Shown here piece by piece: positions 22,851 through 31,409 of a stretch of DNA of 64,000 nucleotides. The stretch is taken from assembly GCA_963815215.1 (NCBI GenBank), contig CAWFFU010000003.1, positions 96,001-160,000 of the forward strand, read 5' to 3'. The position numbers and the translations under genes were made by a program. This DNA is from an uncultured Trueperaceae bacterium. GTDB taxonomy: Bacteria > Deinococcota > Deinococci > Deinococcales > Trueperaceae. The notes below the pieces were generated by a model. It did not search any database, was not told the DNA's origin, and saw only the letters and a program-made list of their open reading frames with translations. The first letter of the stretch is position 1; every line of letters begins with the position of its first letter.

Positions 22851-24053
22851 CTAGCGCGCGCTCCATGCCGGCATCGGATACTGGGGTTGCGTCTCGAAGC
22901 TCGTGCCGCTATAGACGGTGGCCAGCTTGCCGTTCTGGACCTGGATGACGGTCTGCGGCAGGTCGATCTGGCCGGTGGCGCCGAACTGGACGTGGCCGTA
23001 GAGGCTGGCGAACGAGACGTTGGCGATGGCGTCCCGCACGGCTTTCGGATCCAGGCTGCCGGCCGTCTCGAACGCCTTCACGAAGGCTTCGACATCGGCC
23101 ACGCCGGAGGCGGCGTGATAGTCGGGCTCGTAGCCGAAGCGCTTGTTGTAGGCCTGCTCGAACTGCGCGGCGTCCCCGAAGTAGGGGTCCTTGAGGCTCG
23201 CCAACGGCAGCCAGGGCGTCATGCCGAAAGCGTAGTTGGCGTCGGCGGCGAGCGCTTGACGGAAGTCGGCGGTCGGCACGCCCACGGTGAAGGAGTACAT
23301 CTTGGGACTGAAGTTGAGGCTCTTGGCCTGACGGATGAAATTGAGCGACTCGGTCTCGTGGCCGGCGACCAGCACGGCGTCAGGGTTCTTGCTCTTGAGC
23401 TGCGAGATCAGGGTGCTGAAGTCCGACGCGTTGGTGCTGTAGCGCTGGTCCAGTACCACGTCGATGCCGGCGGCTTGCGCCAGCTTCTTGGTGCCCTCGG
23501 CGACGCTGACGTCGAACGAGTCGTCGGCGTAGAGCAGGCCGATCGACTTGACGGGCGGGTTCAGCTTGCCCATCATCTCTATGGTGCTCTTGAAGTACGA
23601 GCCGGCGGCCGGCAGGGTGCCGAAGATGTACTTGTAGCCGCGGCTGAAGATCTGGCCGGAGGACCCGCCGCCTTCGATCATCGGGACCTGGTACTTCTCG
23701 GCCACGGCCGAGGTCACCAGCACGAAGTCGCTCGCGTAGGGCCCGAGCAGGAAGTCGACCTTGTCCTGCGTCAACAGCTGGGTGTACTGACGCACGGCCA
23801 GGTTGTTGTCCGATTGGTTGTCGAGCACCTTGAGCGCGAGCTGGTAGGTCTTGCCGCCCACCGTGACGCCGCCCTGCTGATTGATGGTGTCGATCGCCAT
23901 CTGGAAGGCGTCCCGATAGTAGCGACCGGTGTTGGCGAGGCTGCCGGTGAGCTGCAGCGACGCGCCGAACGTGATGGTCTGAGCCGAGGCTGTGACGCCG
24001 AACCCCACGAGGGCCAGCACCAGGGCAACGACGACGAACTTGACGGTTCGCAT
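22851..24053 (-). CDS. Branched-chain amino acid-type ABC substrate-binding protein (LivK-like)
   Basis: Signal peptide; [33 protein letters not shown]; heads a livH/M/G/F-like operon. Confidence 0.88.
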   Translation of the reverse strand: MRTVKFVVVALVLALVGFGVTASAQTITFGASLQLTGSLANTGRYYRDAFQMAIDTINQQGGVTVGGKTYQLALKVLDNQSDNNLAVRQYTQLLTQDKVDFLLGPYASDFVLVTSAVAEKYQVPMIEGGGSSGQIFSRGYKYIFGTLPAAGSYFKSTIEMMGKLNPPVKSIGLLYADDSFDVSVAEGTKKLAQAAGIDVVLDQRYSTNASDFSTLISQLKSKNPDAVLVAGHETESLNFIRQAKSLNFSPKMYSFTVGVPTADFRQALAADANYAFGMTPWLPLASLKDPYFGDAAQFEQAYNKRFGYEPDYHAASGVADVEAFVKAFETAGSLDPKAVRDAIANVSFASLYGHVQFGATGQIDLPQTVIQVQNGKLATVYSGTSFETQPQYPMPAWSAR

Positions 24054-24232
24054 CCGACCTTCCCCCTTTCGGCGCGGCGCTCCGCGCCAAAGAAGCGTGA
24101 ACTCATGTCACCATACCTCGCTGCGTTGGTGGTGGTACATCGTGGCGCCGGGTACACCGCCGTGGGGCGCGCGCCGGCCCCGGCTAGGTCCGGCGCGCGC
24201 CAGGCGCGGGGCATCGGGTAGACTGGTCGACC

Positions 24233-25120
24233 GTGATCCGAAGCCTCACGCCCGACGAGGTCGCCTGGTTCGTGAGCCGGGCCGTCGGCTACCTCGGCCA
24301 CTCCGATCCGCGCGGCCTCGCGCAGCGGCTCGCCCCGCGCCTGCGCGATCCCGCTACCGACGCCGCGCGTTGCTTCGTGCACAGCGTCGAGGGGGAGCCG
24401 TCGGCGGGCGTGTACGTGCGGGCGCCGGCACCCGAGGACGACGACCAGACACTGACGCTGGTGAGTCCCTGGCACGTCGATGACCCACAGGGTTTGCGGG
24501 CCCTGGTCGTGGAGATGCTCGAGCGTTTCCCCCATGAAGCGGCGGCGGCTCCTCTGCACGCCGTCCCGGAACGCGTCTCGGCGGAGCTGGCAACGGTGCT
24601 CGCGCCGTTGGGCTTCAAGCGCGACGAGATCCGGCGGGTGCGCTTCGAGCTGGCCGACGTTCCCCCGCTGGGGTTGCCGCTGGTCCTGGAGTCCTGGTCG
24701 CCGCCGCTGGATCGGTCGTTCCGGGACCTGTACGAGCGCGCCGAAGCGCGCAGCGTGAGCGATCGCTTGTGGGCCTACCTGAAGCGTCGCCACGGATCGT
24801 TCCGGCCCGATCTGTGGTTCGTGGCGAGCGAGACGCTCGATCAGGATCCGGTGGGCTACGCCCTGTGCGGAGCGGAGCGCCGGGGCCTGGACGCCGGATA
24901 CGTCATGAACGGCGTCGGCGTGTTGCAGGAGCATCGCGAGTCGAGCGAGATGCTACGGCGGCTGGTCGTCTCCACGCTGAACGAGCTGGCAGGCGTGAGC
25001 CCCTTCGGCACGGTGTTGGCCGAGCTCAGCACGTCCGACCCCAAGCTGATCGATATCCTGATGTCGCTGGGGTTCACGACCGTGGAGCGCTACGCGCTGC
25101 TTTTCAGGATGCCGGCCTGA
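24233..25120 (+). CDS. Hypothetical protein, probable GNAT-like fold
   Basis: Coding-like ORF; C-terminal PVGYALC...MNGVGVLQEHR...LGF resembles GNAT; TAGACT 8 nt before the GTG. Confidence 0.5.
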   Translation: MIRSLTPDEVAWFVSRAVGYLGHSDPRGLAQRLAPRLRDPATDAARCFVHSVEGEPSAGVYVRAPAPEDDDQTLTLVSPWHVDDPQGLRALVVEMLERFPHEAAAAPLHAVPERVSAELATVLAPLGFKRDEIRRVRFELADVPPLGLPLVLESWSPPLDRSFRDLYERAEARSVSDRLWAYLKRRHGSFRPDLWFVASETLDQDPVGYALCGAERRGLDAGYVMNGVGVLQEHRESSEMLRRLVVSTLNELAGVSPFGTVLAELSTSDPKLIDILMSLGFTTVERYALLFRMPA

Positions 25121-25172
25121 GGTCGACGGGGTTCGTCGACGTCGACGGCGCCTGCGCCGCTATACTCGCGCC

Positions 25173-25535
25173 ATGAATCTCCTTCTGCGTTGGGCCCTCA
25201 ACGCGCTGGCCCTATGGCTGACCGTCGCGCTCCACGTGGGGTTGTCGATCGTGCCCCCCACGGTGGGGGCCTACCTCGTGGCCGCCCTCGTCCTGGGCCT
25301 CGTCAACGCCGTGGTCCGTCCGCTGATGGTGCTGCTCACCCTGCCCCTGACGATCCTCAGCTTCGGGCTGTTCCTGCTGGTGGTCAACGGGCTCGCCATC
25401 GCCGTCGTCGCCGCCCTGACGCCGCTGGCGGTGAGCGGCTTCGGGGGCGCGGTGCTGGGTGCGCTGGTGCTCACCGTCGTCAGCGCCGTGCTGTCGCGGC
25501 TGCTCAGCGACAGGCGCGGCGCCCGCCGCCTCTAG
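25173..25535 (+). CDS. YvlD / 4-TMS 'phage holin superfamily IV' membrane protein
   Basis: LGLVNAVVRP..LLTLPLTILSFGLFLLVVNG; TATACT 6 nt before the ATG. Confidence 0.85.
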   Translation: MNLLLRWALNALALWLTVALHVGLSIVPPTVGAYLVAALVLGLVNAVVRPLMVLLTLPLTILSFGLFLLVVNGLAIAVVAALTPLAVSGFGGAVLGALVLTVVSAVLSRLLSDRRGARRL

Positions 25536-25578
25536 CCCGCCGCCTCTGGGCTGTCCGCCACGTCACCGCTGCATCCTG

Positions 25579-26154
25579 TCAGGGGAGGTACTTCTCCCAG
25601 ATCGGATCGATGTCCGGAAGAACGCCGTAGGCACTGGAGAAGATGAATCGGGGAGCGTAGGGCCGGCGCTGCAGCGCCATCCCCGCCTCGTCGGGCGTGC
25701 GGTCGCGCTTGCGTGCGTTGCACCGCTTGCAGCAGGCCACCACGTTGTCCCAGTTGGTGGGGCCGCCACGGCTGCGCGGCAGGACGTGATCGAGGGTCAG
25801 ATCGTTGCTACGGGTGCCGCAGTACTGGCAGGTGTGGTCGTCGCGCTTGAAGAGGTTGCGCCGGTTGAACGCGACGCGCTGCCTGAACGGGCGCTTCACG
25901 AAGCGCCTGAGCCGGATCACGCTGGGAACAGGGAAATCCCGATTGACGGAGCGGAGCACCTTGTCGCCGTCCTCGACGCGCTCGGCCACCTCGTGCATGA
26001 GCAGGGCCACCGCCCGCTTCAGCGAGCAGACGTGGAGGGGCTCGAAGCTGGCGTTCAGGATGAGGACGCGTGCACTGTTGACGTTGAGAAGCGGCGCCCG
26101 GTACGCCCAGCGCTCGCCTTCGGGAACGGCGCGCTCGGCCCCGGTCCCGGCCAC
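25579..26154 (-). CDS. HNH endonuclease (McrA-like, HNH_5)
   Basis: VLILNASFEPL, PSVIRL, RDDHTCQYCG, TLDHVLPRSRGG, WDNVVACCKRCNARK. Confidence 0.9.
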   Translation of the reverse strand: MAGTGAERAVPEGERWAYRAPLLNVNSARVLILNASFEPLHVCSLKRAVALLMHEVAERVEDGDKVLRSVNRDFPVPSVIRLRRFVKRPFRQRVAFNRRNLFKRDDHTCQYCGTRSNDLTLDHVLPRSRGGPTNWDNVVACCKRCNARKRDRTPDEAGMALQRRPYAPRFIFSSAYGVLPDIDPIWEKYLP

Positions 26155-26254
26155 GCCGGATCCATCGTCGGGCGGATTGTTCGGAGCTCGGGCGGCGGCC
26201 GTTACCTCCAGAATGGACTTGGGCGGAGTATAGCAGAGCGCTCGGCGCGGGCGC

Positions 26255-27292
26255 TCACCGCTCCTGCGTGGCGAGCGCGATCAGGGTGCGGATCAGCTCG
26301 GGGTAGGGGACGCCGGCGGCCTCCCACAGCTTCGGGTACATGCTGTGGCGGGTGAAGCCGGGGATGGTGTTGACCTCGTTGAGCAGCAAGGCGCCGTCGT
26401 CGGGGCGGTAGAGGAAGTCGACGCGCGCCAGGCCGGCGCCGTCGACGGCGCCGAACGCCCGCAGGGCGAGGTCGCGCGCTTTCTCGGCCACCGGCGCGGG
26501 TACGGGCGCCGGGATCAGGAGCTCGGCGCGGCCGTCGGTGTACTTGGCGTCGTAGTCGTAGAAGTCCGCACGGTAGCGGATCTCGCCCACCGGGCTCACC
26601 GTCGGAGCGTCGTTTCCCAGCACCGCCACTTCGAGCTCCCGCACGGGGTGGACGCCCTCCTCGACGATGACTCGGCGGTCGAAGCGGAAGGCGTCTTCGA
26701 TGGCATCGCTGAGCGCGTCGACGGTGTCGACCCGGCGCACGCCGATGCTCGAGCCCAGGTTGGCGGGCTTGACGAAGCGGGGCCAGGGCAAGTCGGCCAG
26801 GGGGTCCAGGCTCGATGCCCGATCGCGCTTCCAGGCCTCGCGGCTCACGCCCGCGTAGGCCACCTGAGGGAACCCGTGAGCAGCGAACACCGCCTTCATC
26901 ACGAGCTTGTCCATGGCCACCGCGCTGGCGAGGACGTCGGACCCCACGAAGGGGATGCCCAGCAATCGCAGCAACCCCTGCACGCTGCCGTCCTCGCCGT
27001 AGGGGCCGTGGAGCAACGGGAACACCACGTCGAAGCCGTCCCGGGCGAGGCGGGCCAGCGCGCCGGCGAACTCATCGCCACCCACGCCCGACAAGGCTCC
27101 GTCGTGCAGCACACGGCGCGAAGCCTCGTCCCCGAGCAGACGCCCGTGGCGGTCGATGACCCGCGGCGTGACATCGACCGCGTCGCCCAACGCTTCGAGC
27201 ACCGAACGCGCGGACGCCAGCGACACTTCGTGCTCCTCCGAGCGTCCGCCGCATAGGAGCAGGATGCGGGGCGCATTCGGGTCCAGCGTCAC
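26255..27292 (-). CDS. ddl: D-alanine--D-alanine ligase
   Basis: GGRSEEHEVSLASA, LHGPYGEDG, FVKPANLGSSIG, YDYDAKY, NEVNTIPGFT, SMYP. Confidence 0.97.
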   Translation of the reverse strand: MTLDPNAPRILLLCGGRSEEHEVSLASARSVLEALGDAVDVTPRVIDRHGRLLGDEASRRVLHDGALSGVGGDEFAGALARLARDGFDVVFPLLHGPYGEDGSVQGLLRLLGIPFVGSDVLASAVAMDKLVMKAVFAAHGFPQVAYAGVSREAWKRDRASSLDPLADLPWPRFVKPANLGSSIGVRRVDTVDALSDAIEDAFRFDRRVIVEEGVHPVRELEVAVLGNDAPTVSPVGEIRYRADFYDYDAKYTDGRAELLIPAPVPAPVAEKARDLALRAFGAVDGAGLARVDFLYRPDDGALLLNEVNTIPGFTRHSMYPKLWEAAGVPYPELIRTLIALATQER

Positions 27293-27308
27293 CCGGGCTC
27301 CGACTTGG

Positions 27309-27323
27309 TGTGTAAGTTACACA
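27309..27323. promoter_or_regulatory. Palindromic operator candidate TGTGTAAGTTACACA at the ddl transcription start
   Basis: Perfect 7-1-7 AT-rich inverted repeat in a very GC-rich background, just downstream of the -10. Confidence 0.6.
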
Positions 27324-27331
27324 TTGACACT

Positions 27332-27360
27332 ATCGTAGGCCGGTGCGTCCCGCGGGTCAA
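27332..27360 (-). promoter_or_regulatory. Sigma70-type promoter of ddl
   Basis: TTGACC-N17-TACGAT on the minus strand. Confidence 0.7.
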
Positions 27361-27365
27361 GCGCG

Positions 27366-28142
27366 CTAGCCACGCCAGCGCGGCTCGCGCTTCTCCAGGA
27401 AGGCCCGCACGCCCTCGCGCAGTTCGTCGCGCTCGCGCGCCTCGGCGTTCACTTCGGCGGCGTGACGCAGACCGTCCTCCAGGCTCAGCGAGGGCACCGC
27501 GGCGAGAAGGGCCTTGCTGATCGCAAGGGAGCCGGGGGCGTTCCGGGCCAGACCGCGGGCCCGGTCGAGGGCGGCCGCCAGCACCTGCCCTGGAGCGGCT
27601 ACGTCGTTGACCAACCCGATGGCCGCCGCTTCCTCCGCCGAGATGAGACGTGCGCTCAAGAGCAGATCGCGAGCGTGCTTGTCGCCCACCTGCCGTACCA
27701 GGAAGACCGACACCAGCGCCGGCACGAAGCCGATGCGCGCCTCGGTGTAGCCGATGCGGGCGTTGCGGTCCATCACGGCCAGGTCGCAGGCGGTCACGAG
27801 TCCCGCCCCGCCCGCCACCGCCGGGCCGTTGACCGCGGCGACGACCGGCTTGGGGAGGGTCGCGATCTGTAGCAGCAGGTCGGCCAGGTCCCGCGAGTCG
27901 GTGCGGTTCTCTTCTGGACTGCGTTCGTTCATACCCTCCAGCTCGCGCAGGTCGAGGCCGGCACAGAAGGCGTCGCCGGCGCCCGTGAGCACCACCGCGC
28001 GCGTGTCCCGGTCGTCGGCCGCCGCGCGGAGCGCATGGCCGAGGGCCGCCCGAAGCTCCACGCTCAGCGCGTTCCGGACGGCCGGTCGATTCAGGGTGAG
28101 GATACGGACCGGGCCCTGGCGGTCCGTTAGGATGGGCTGCAT
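27366..28142 (-). CDS. Enoyl-CoA hydratase/isomerase family (methylglutaconyl-CoA hydratase-like)
   Basis: LTLNRPAVRNALS, FCAGLDL, AAVNGPAVAGGAGL, TEARIG, AFLEKREP. Confidence 0.9.
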   Translation of the reverse strand: MQPILTDRQGPVRILTLNRPAVRNALSVELRAALGHALRAAADDRDTRAVVLTGAGDAFCAGLDLRELEGMNERSPEENRTDSRDLADLLLQIATLPKPVVAAVNGPAVAGGAGLVTACDLAVMDRNARIGYTEARIGFVPALVSVFLVRQVGDKHARDLLLSARLISAEEAAAIGLVNDVAAPGQVLAAALDRARGLARNAPGSLAISKALLAAVPSLSLEDGLRHAAEVNAEARERDELREGVRAFLEKREPRWRG

Positions 28143-28209
28143 AGGAACATTCTACGGGCCGGTCGCGCGGAACCGGCCCGTGGTTCGCTCACTCCTGGGA
28201 GGCCGCACC

Positions 28210-28854
28210 CTGTACGCCACCGTTGACGCTCTGCAGCTCGTCGACTTCCGTCGCCGGGTCGCCGCCATGTACGAGGTTGCGCGGGCCGGGGCCGGTCCCG
28301 CCGAGGCCCGCTGGCGGCGCTTCCGGGCGCTTCGGGACGAGCTGTTCGCGGGCCATCCGTGTTCGCCACTGGGCGCCGCCGACCGCCTGGCGATGACGGG
28401 CATCCCCTACTTCCCATTCGAGCCGTCCGCCAGGGTGCTGGCCACCGCCGAGGACGCCCCGGACGAGCCCTTCGAGATCGTCCTGCATGACGATGGCGTG
28501 CTGGGCCTGGAACGCCTTTCCTGGCTTTCGTTCGAGCTCTTCGGCAAGCCCTGCAGGCTGGCGCTCTACCGCCTGTCGGGCTACGGGGGCGGGCTGTTCC
28601 TGCCGTTCCGCGACGGCACCTCCGGCGAGCGAACGTACGGCGGCGGGCGGTACCTCATCGACACGCGCAAGCTCGCCGATCTCGGCGTCGAGGGCGGTCG
28701 CCTGGTCCTCGACTTCAACTACGCCTACCACCCGAGCTGCGTCTACGGCCCGCGGTGGGATTGCCCGCTGGCACCTCCGGAGAACCGCCTCGAGCTGGCG
28801 ATTGAAGCGGGGGAGTGCCTACCCGTGGATGGCTGGTCGGCGTTGCGTGCGTGA
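28210..28854 (+). CDS. DUF1684 family protein (start uncertain)
   Basis: LFLPFRDGTSG..TYGGGRYL, LDFNYAYHPSC, CPLAPPENRL, AGE. Confidence 0.85.
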   Translation: MYATVDALQLVDFRRRVAAMYEVARAGAGPAEARWRRFRALRDELFAGHPCSPLGAADRLAMTGIPYFPFEPSARVLATAEDAPDEPFEIVLHDDGVLGLERLSWLSFELFGKPCRLALYRLSGYGGGLFLPFRDGTSGERTYGGGRYLIDTRKLADLGVEGGRLVLDFNYAYHPSCVYGPRWDCPLAPPENRLELAIEAGECLPVDGWSALRA

Positions 28855-28923
28855 GCTGCGCTCCGTCGGCCACCGTCGAGTCGGCTGCGCGCGTTGCGTA
28901 GCACGAGCACCTGGGAGGAAACC

Positions 28924-30453
28924 ATGTACAAGCACATCCTTCGGAACGTCCGCCTGACCCGTCTGCGCTTGGGGCTGGTCGCCCTGCTGGGCCTGCTCGT
29001 GGTGGGGGGCGCGATGGCGCAGTCGGTCCCCGCAGGCACCCTGCGGGTGGGGATGGAATCCCCCTCCAAGCTCGACCCCGCCTACGCCTCGAGCGACGCT
29101 GAGGTGGCGGTCCTCAACGCCGTCTACGACTACCTGGTCGATGTCGACGCGGACAACAACATCCAACCGCGGCTGGCGAGCTCCTGGAAGGTCTCTCAGG
29201 ACGGGCTGACCTACACCTTCCAGCTCGCTCCGAACGCCACCTGGCACGACGGCAGCCCGGTCACGGCACAGGACGTGGTCTTCACCTTCGATCGCCTCCG
29301 CAACCCGGACCTCAAGCTGCCGACGTCCGACCTGTACTCCGACATCGACACCATCAAGGCCACCGGCACCCACGAGGTCACCTTCACCCTCAAGCAGACC
29401 AATCCCTTCTTCCTGTACGACCTCAGCGACAACCATGCCGTCATCGTCAAGAAGGGAACCACCAGCTTCGGCTCGACCTTCGACGGCAGCGGCCCCTTCG
29501 TCGTGCAGAGCTACCACCCCGACGACCGCATGGTGCTCAAGGCCAACCCGAACTACTTCATGGCCGGCAAACCCGGGGTCGGCACGCTGCAACTCATCTT
29601 CTTCAGTGACCAGGCAGCTGAGGTCTCGGCGCTCCGGGGCGGGCAGATCGACCTCGCGATGCGGCTCCCGAGCTCGCTCTACGAGTCCCTCAAGGGCGTG
29701 AACGGGGTCACCCGGGTCGACGTGCCCACCAACGGCTTCAACGTCGTGCGGCTCCGCAGCGACCACAAGCCGGGCAGCGACCCCCGGGTCGTCCAGGCCT
29801 TGAAGCTGGCGGTCGATCGCAAGGCCATCACCGAAGCCGTGACCCAGGGGCTGGGCGTCGTCGGCAACGACAGCCCCATCGGCCCGCTGTACAAGGAGTA
29901 CTTCGACGCCGGCGCCACGCCGCCCGCCGCCGATCCCGCCAAGGCCAAGGAGCTGCTCAAGGAAGCCGGCTACGCAGGCGGCCTCAAGCTCGACCTCTAC
30001 ACCCCCAACACCGGCGATAGGCCCGACCTGGCCGTCGTGCTGAAGCAGCAGCTCGCCAAGGCCGGGTTCGACATCAACGTCGTGGTCGAGCCCGAGAGCG
30101 TCTATTACGGCGACAACAAGTGGCTGCAGGTCGACTTCGGCATCACCGGCTGGGGCTCGCGCCCCTACCCGCAGTTCTACCTGAACGTGATGCTCGAGTG
30201 CGGGGCCAAGTGGAACGAGAGCCACTACTGCAATCAGGAGTTCGACAAGCTGGCCAAAGAGGCCGGCAACACCCTGGACGCCCAGAAGCGCATCGATGAT
30301 TACCACAAGATCCAGCAGTTGCTGGCGAGCAGCGGTCCGATCGTGATCCCGTACTTCTTCCCGCAGCTCGGCGCCATCCGCGATGGCTTCACCGGTTTCC
30401 AGATGAAGGCGTTCGCCGGTCGCACCGACCTGGCGGCCGTCCACGCCAACTAG
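28924..30453 (+). CDS. Peptide/nickel-type ABC substrate-binding protein (family 5)
   Basis: Signal peptide; PRLASSW..SQDGLTYTFQL, WHDGSPVTAQDVVFTF, GSGPF; GGAGG RBS. Confidence 0.9.
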   Translation: MYKHILRNVRLTRLRLGLVALLGLLVVGGAMAQSVPAGTLRVGMESPSKLDPAYASSDAEVAVLNAVYDYLVDVDADNNIQPRLASSWKVSQDGLTYTFQLAPNATWHDGSPVTAQDVVFTFDRLRNPDLKLPTSDLYSDIDTIKATGTHEVTFTLKQTNPFFLYDLSDNHAVIVKKGTTSFGSTFDGSGPFVVQSYHPDDRMVLKANPNYFMAGKPGVGTLQLIFFSDQAAEVSALRGGQIDLAMRLPSSLYESLKGVNGVTRVDVPTNGFNVVRLRSDHKPGSDPRVVQALKLAVDRKAITEAVTQGLGVVGNDSPIGPLYKEYFDAGATPPAADPAKAKELLKEAGYAGGLKLDLYTPNTGDRPDLAVVLKQQLAKAGFDINVVVEPESVYYGDNKWLQVDFGITGWGSRPYPQFYLNVMLECGAKWNESHYCNQEFDKLAKEAGNTLDAQKRIDDYHKIQQLLASSGPIVIPYFFPQLGAIRDGFTGFQMKAFAGRTDLAAVHAN

Positions 30454-30462
30454 GTACGTGGT

Positions 30463-30492
30463 TCGTGGGCACGCCGAACGGCGTGCCCACGA
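30463..30492 (+). other. Intra-operon stem-loop after the substrate-binding gene
   Basis: TCGTGGGCACGCC-GAAC-GGCGTGCCCACGA perfect stem. Confidence 0.6.
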
Positions 30493-30524
30493 GCGTCCGA
30501 TGCTCCCCACGATGACCCATTCGC

Positions 30525-31409
30525 ATGCGGGCAGCGGCCATGGCTAGCTCCGTGCGTGCCGCCGTGCGCCGCAGCGGCTGGCTCCGTGGCCTGCTCGAGC
30601 TCTACGGCAGGCCGTCGTCCGCTCTCGGGACCAGCCTGGTAGCGGTCTTCCTGGTCCTGGCTGCGCTCGGACCGCTGGCGACGCCCTACGGGGCCACCGA
30701 GCAGGTCTTCACCGACCGCAGCCAACCCCCGTCCATACGGCACCTGTTCGGCACCGATCACCTCGGCCGCGATGTGTTCAGCAGGGTGGTGGCCGGCGAC
30801 CGCGACATCTTCCTGCTCGCCGGCAGCGGCACGCTCGTCGCGGTGGTGGTGGGCACACTGGTCGGACTTCTGGCCAGCTACCGGGGGGGCTGGGCGGAGG
30901 AGGTCACCTACCGCTTCTTCGACAGCCTGCTGGCGGTGCCGGCGCTGTTGTTGGCCCTGCTGCTGCTGGGGTCCCTGGGCCCGTCGCGCAGCAGCGTGCT
31001 GGCCGTCATCGCCGTCGCCTACACGCCTATCGTGGCGCGGGTGGTGCGGAGTGTGGTGCTCGATACCAGGACCAAGGAGTACGTGCTCGCCGCTCGCATG
31101 CAGGGGGAGAGCACGACCTACATCCTGGGTCGGGAGGTCCTCCCCAGCGTGCTTCCGGCGCTGGCGGTCGAGTCGGCGCTGCGCTTCTCCTACGCCATCT
31201 TCCTGGTCGCCTCGCTGGGTTTCCTGGGCGTTGGGGTGCAGCCCCCCAACCCCGATTGGGGCCTGATGGTCAGCGAGGCGCGTGACTTCGTCTACATCAC
31301 GCCCTGGACGCTGACCTTCCCGGCCCTGGCGATCTCGCTGCTGGTGATCGGCGTCAACCTCCTGGCCGACGGGCTCAAGCGCGTCCTGCAGGTCGGAGCC
31401 GGGCCGTGA
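30525..31409 (+). CDS. Peptide ABC permease (DppC/OppC-like)
   Basis: HLFGTDHLGRDVFSR, EYVLAARMQG, SLGFLGVG..PP.PDWG. Confidence 0.9.
   Translation: MRAAAMASSVRAAVRRSGWLRGLLELYGRPSSALGTSLVAVFLVLAALGPLATPYGATEQVFTDRSQPPSIRHLFGTDHLGRDVFSRVVAGDRDIFLLAGSGTLVAVVVGTLVGLLASYRGGWAEEVTYRFFDSLLAVPALLLALLLLGSLGPSRSSVLAVIAVAYTPIVARVVRSVVLDTRTKEYVLAARMQGESTTYILGREVLPSVLPALAVESALRFSYAIFLVASLGFLGVGVQPPNPDWGLMVSEARDFVYITPWTLTFPALAISLLVIGVNLLADGLKRVLQVGAGP

Noticed and set aside
25173..26154. 'Holin' plus HNH nuclease as a prophage remnant or defence system
   Set aside because: The genes are convergent, both belong to widespread chromosomal families (YvlD, HNH_5), and there is no integrase, phage gene or compositional shift.
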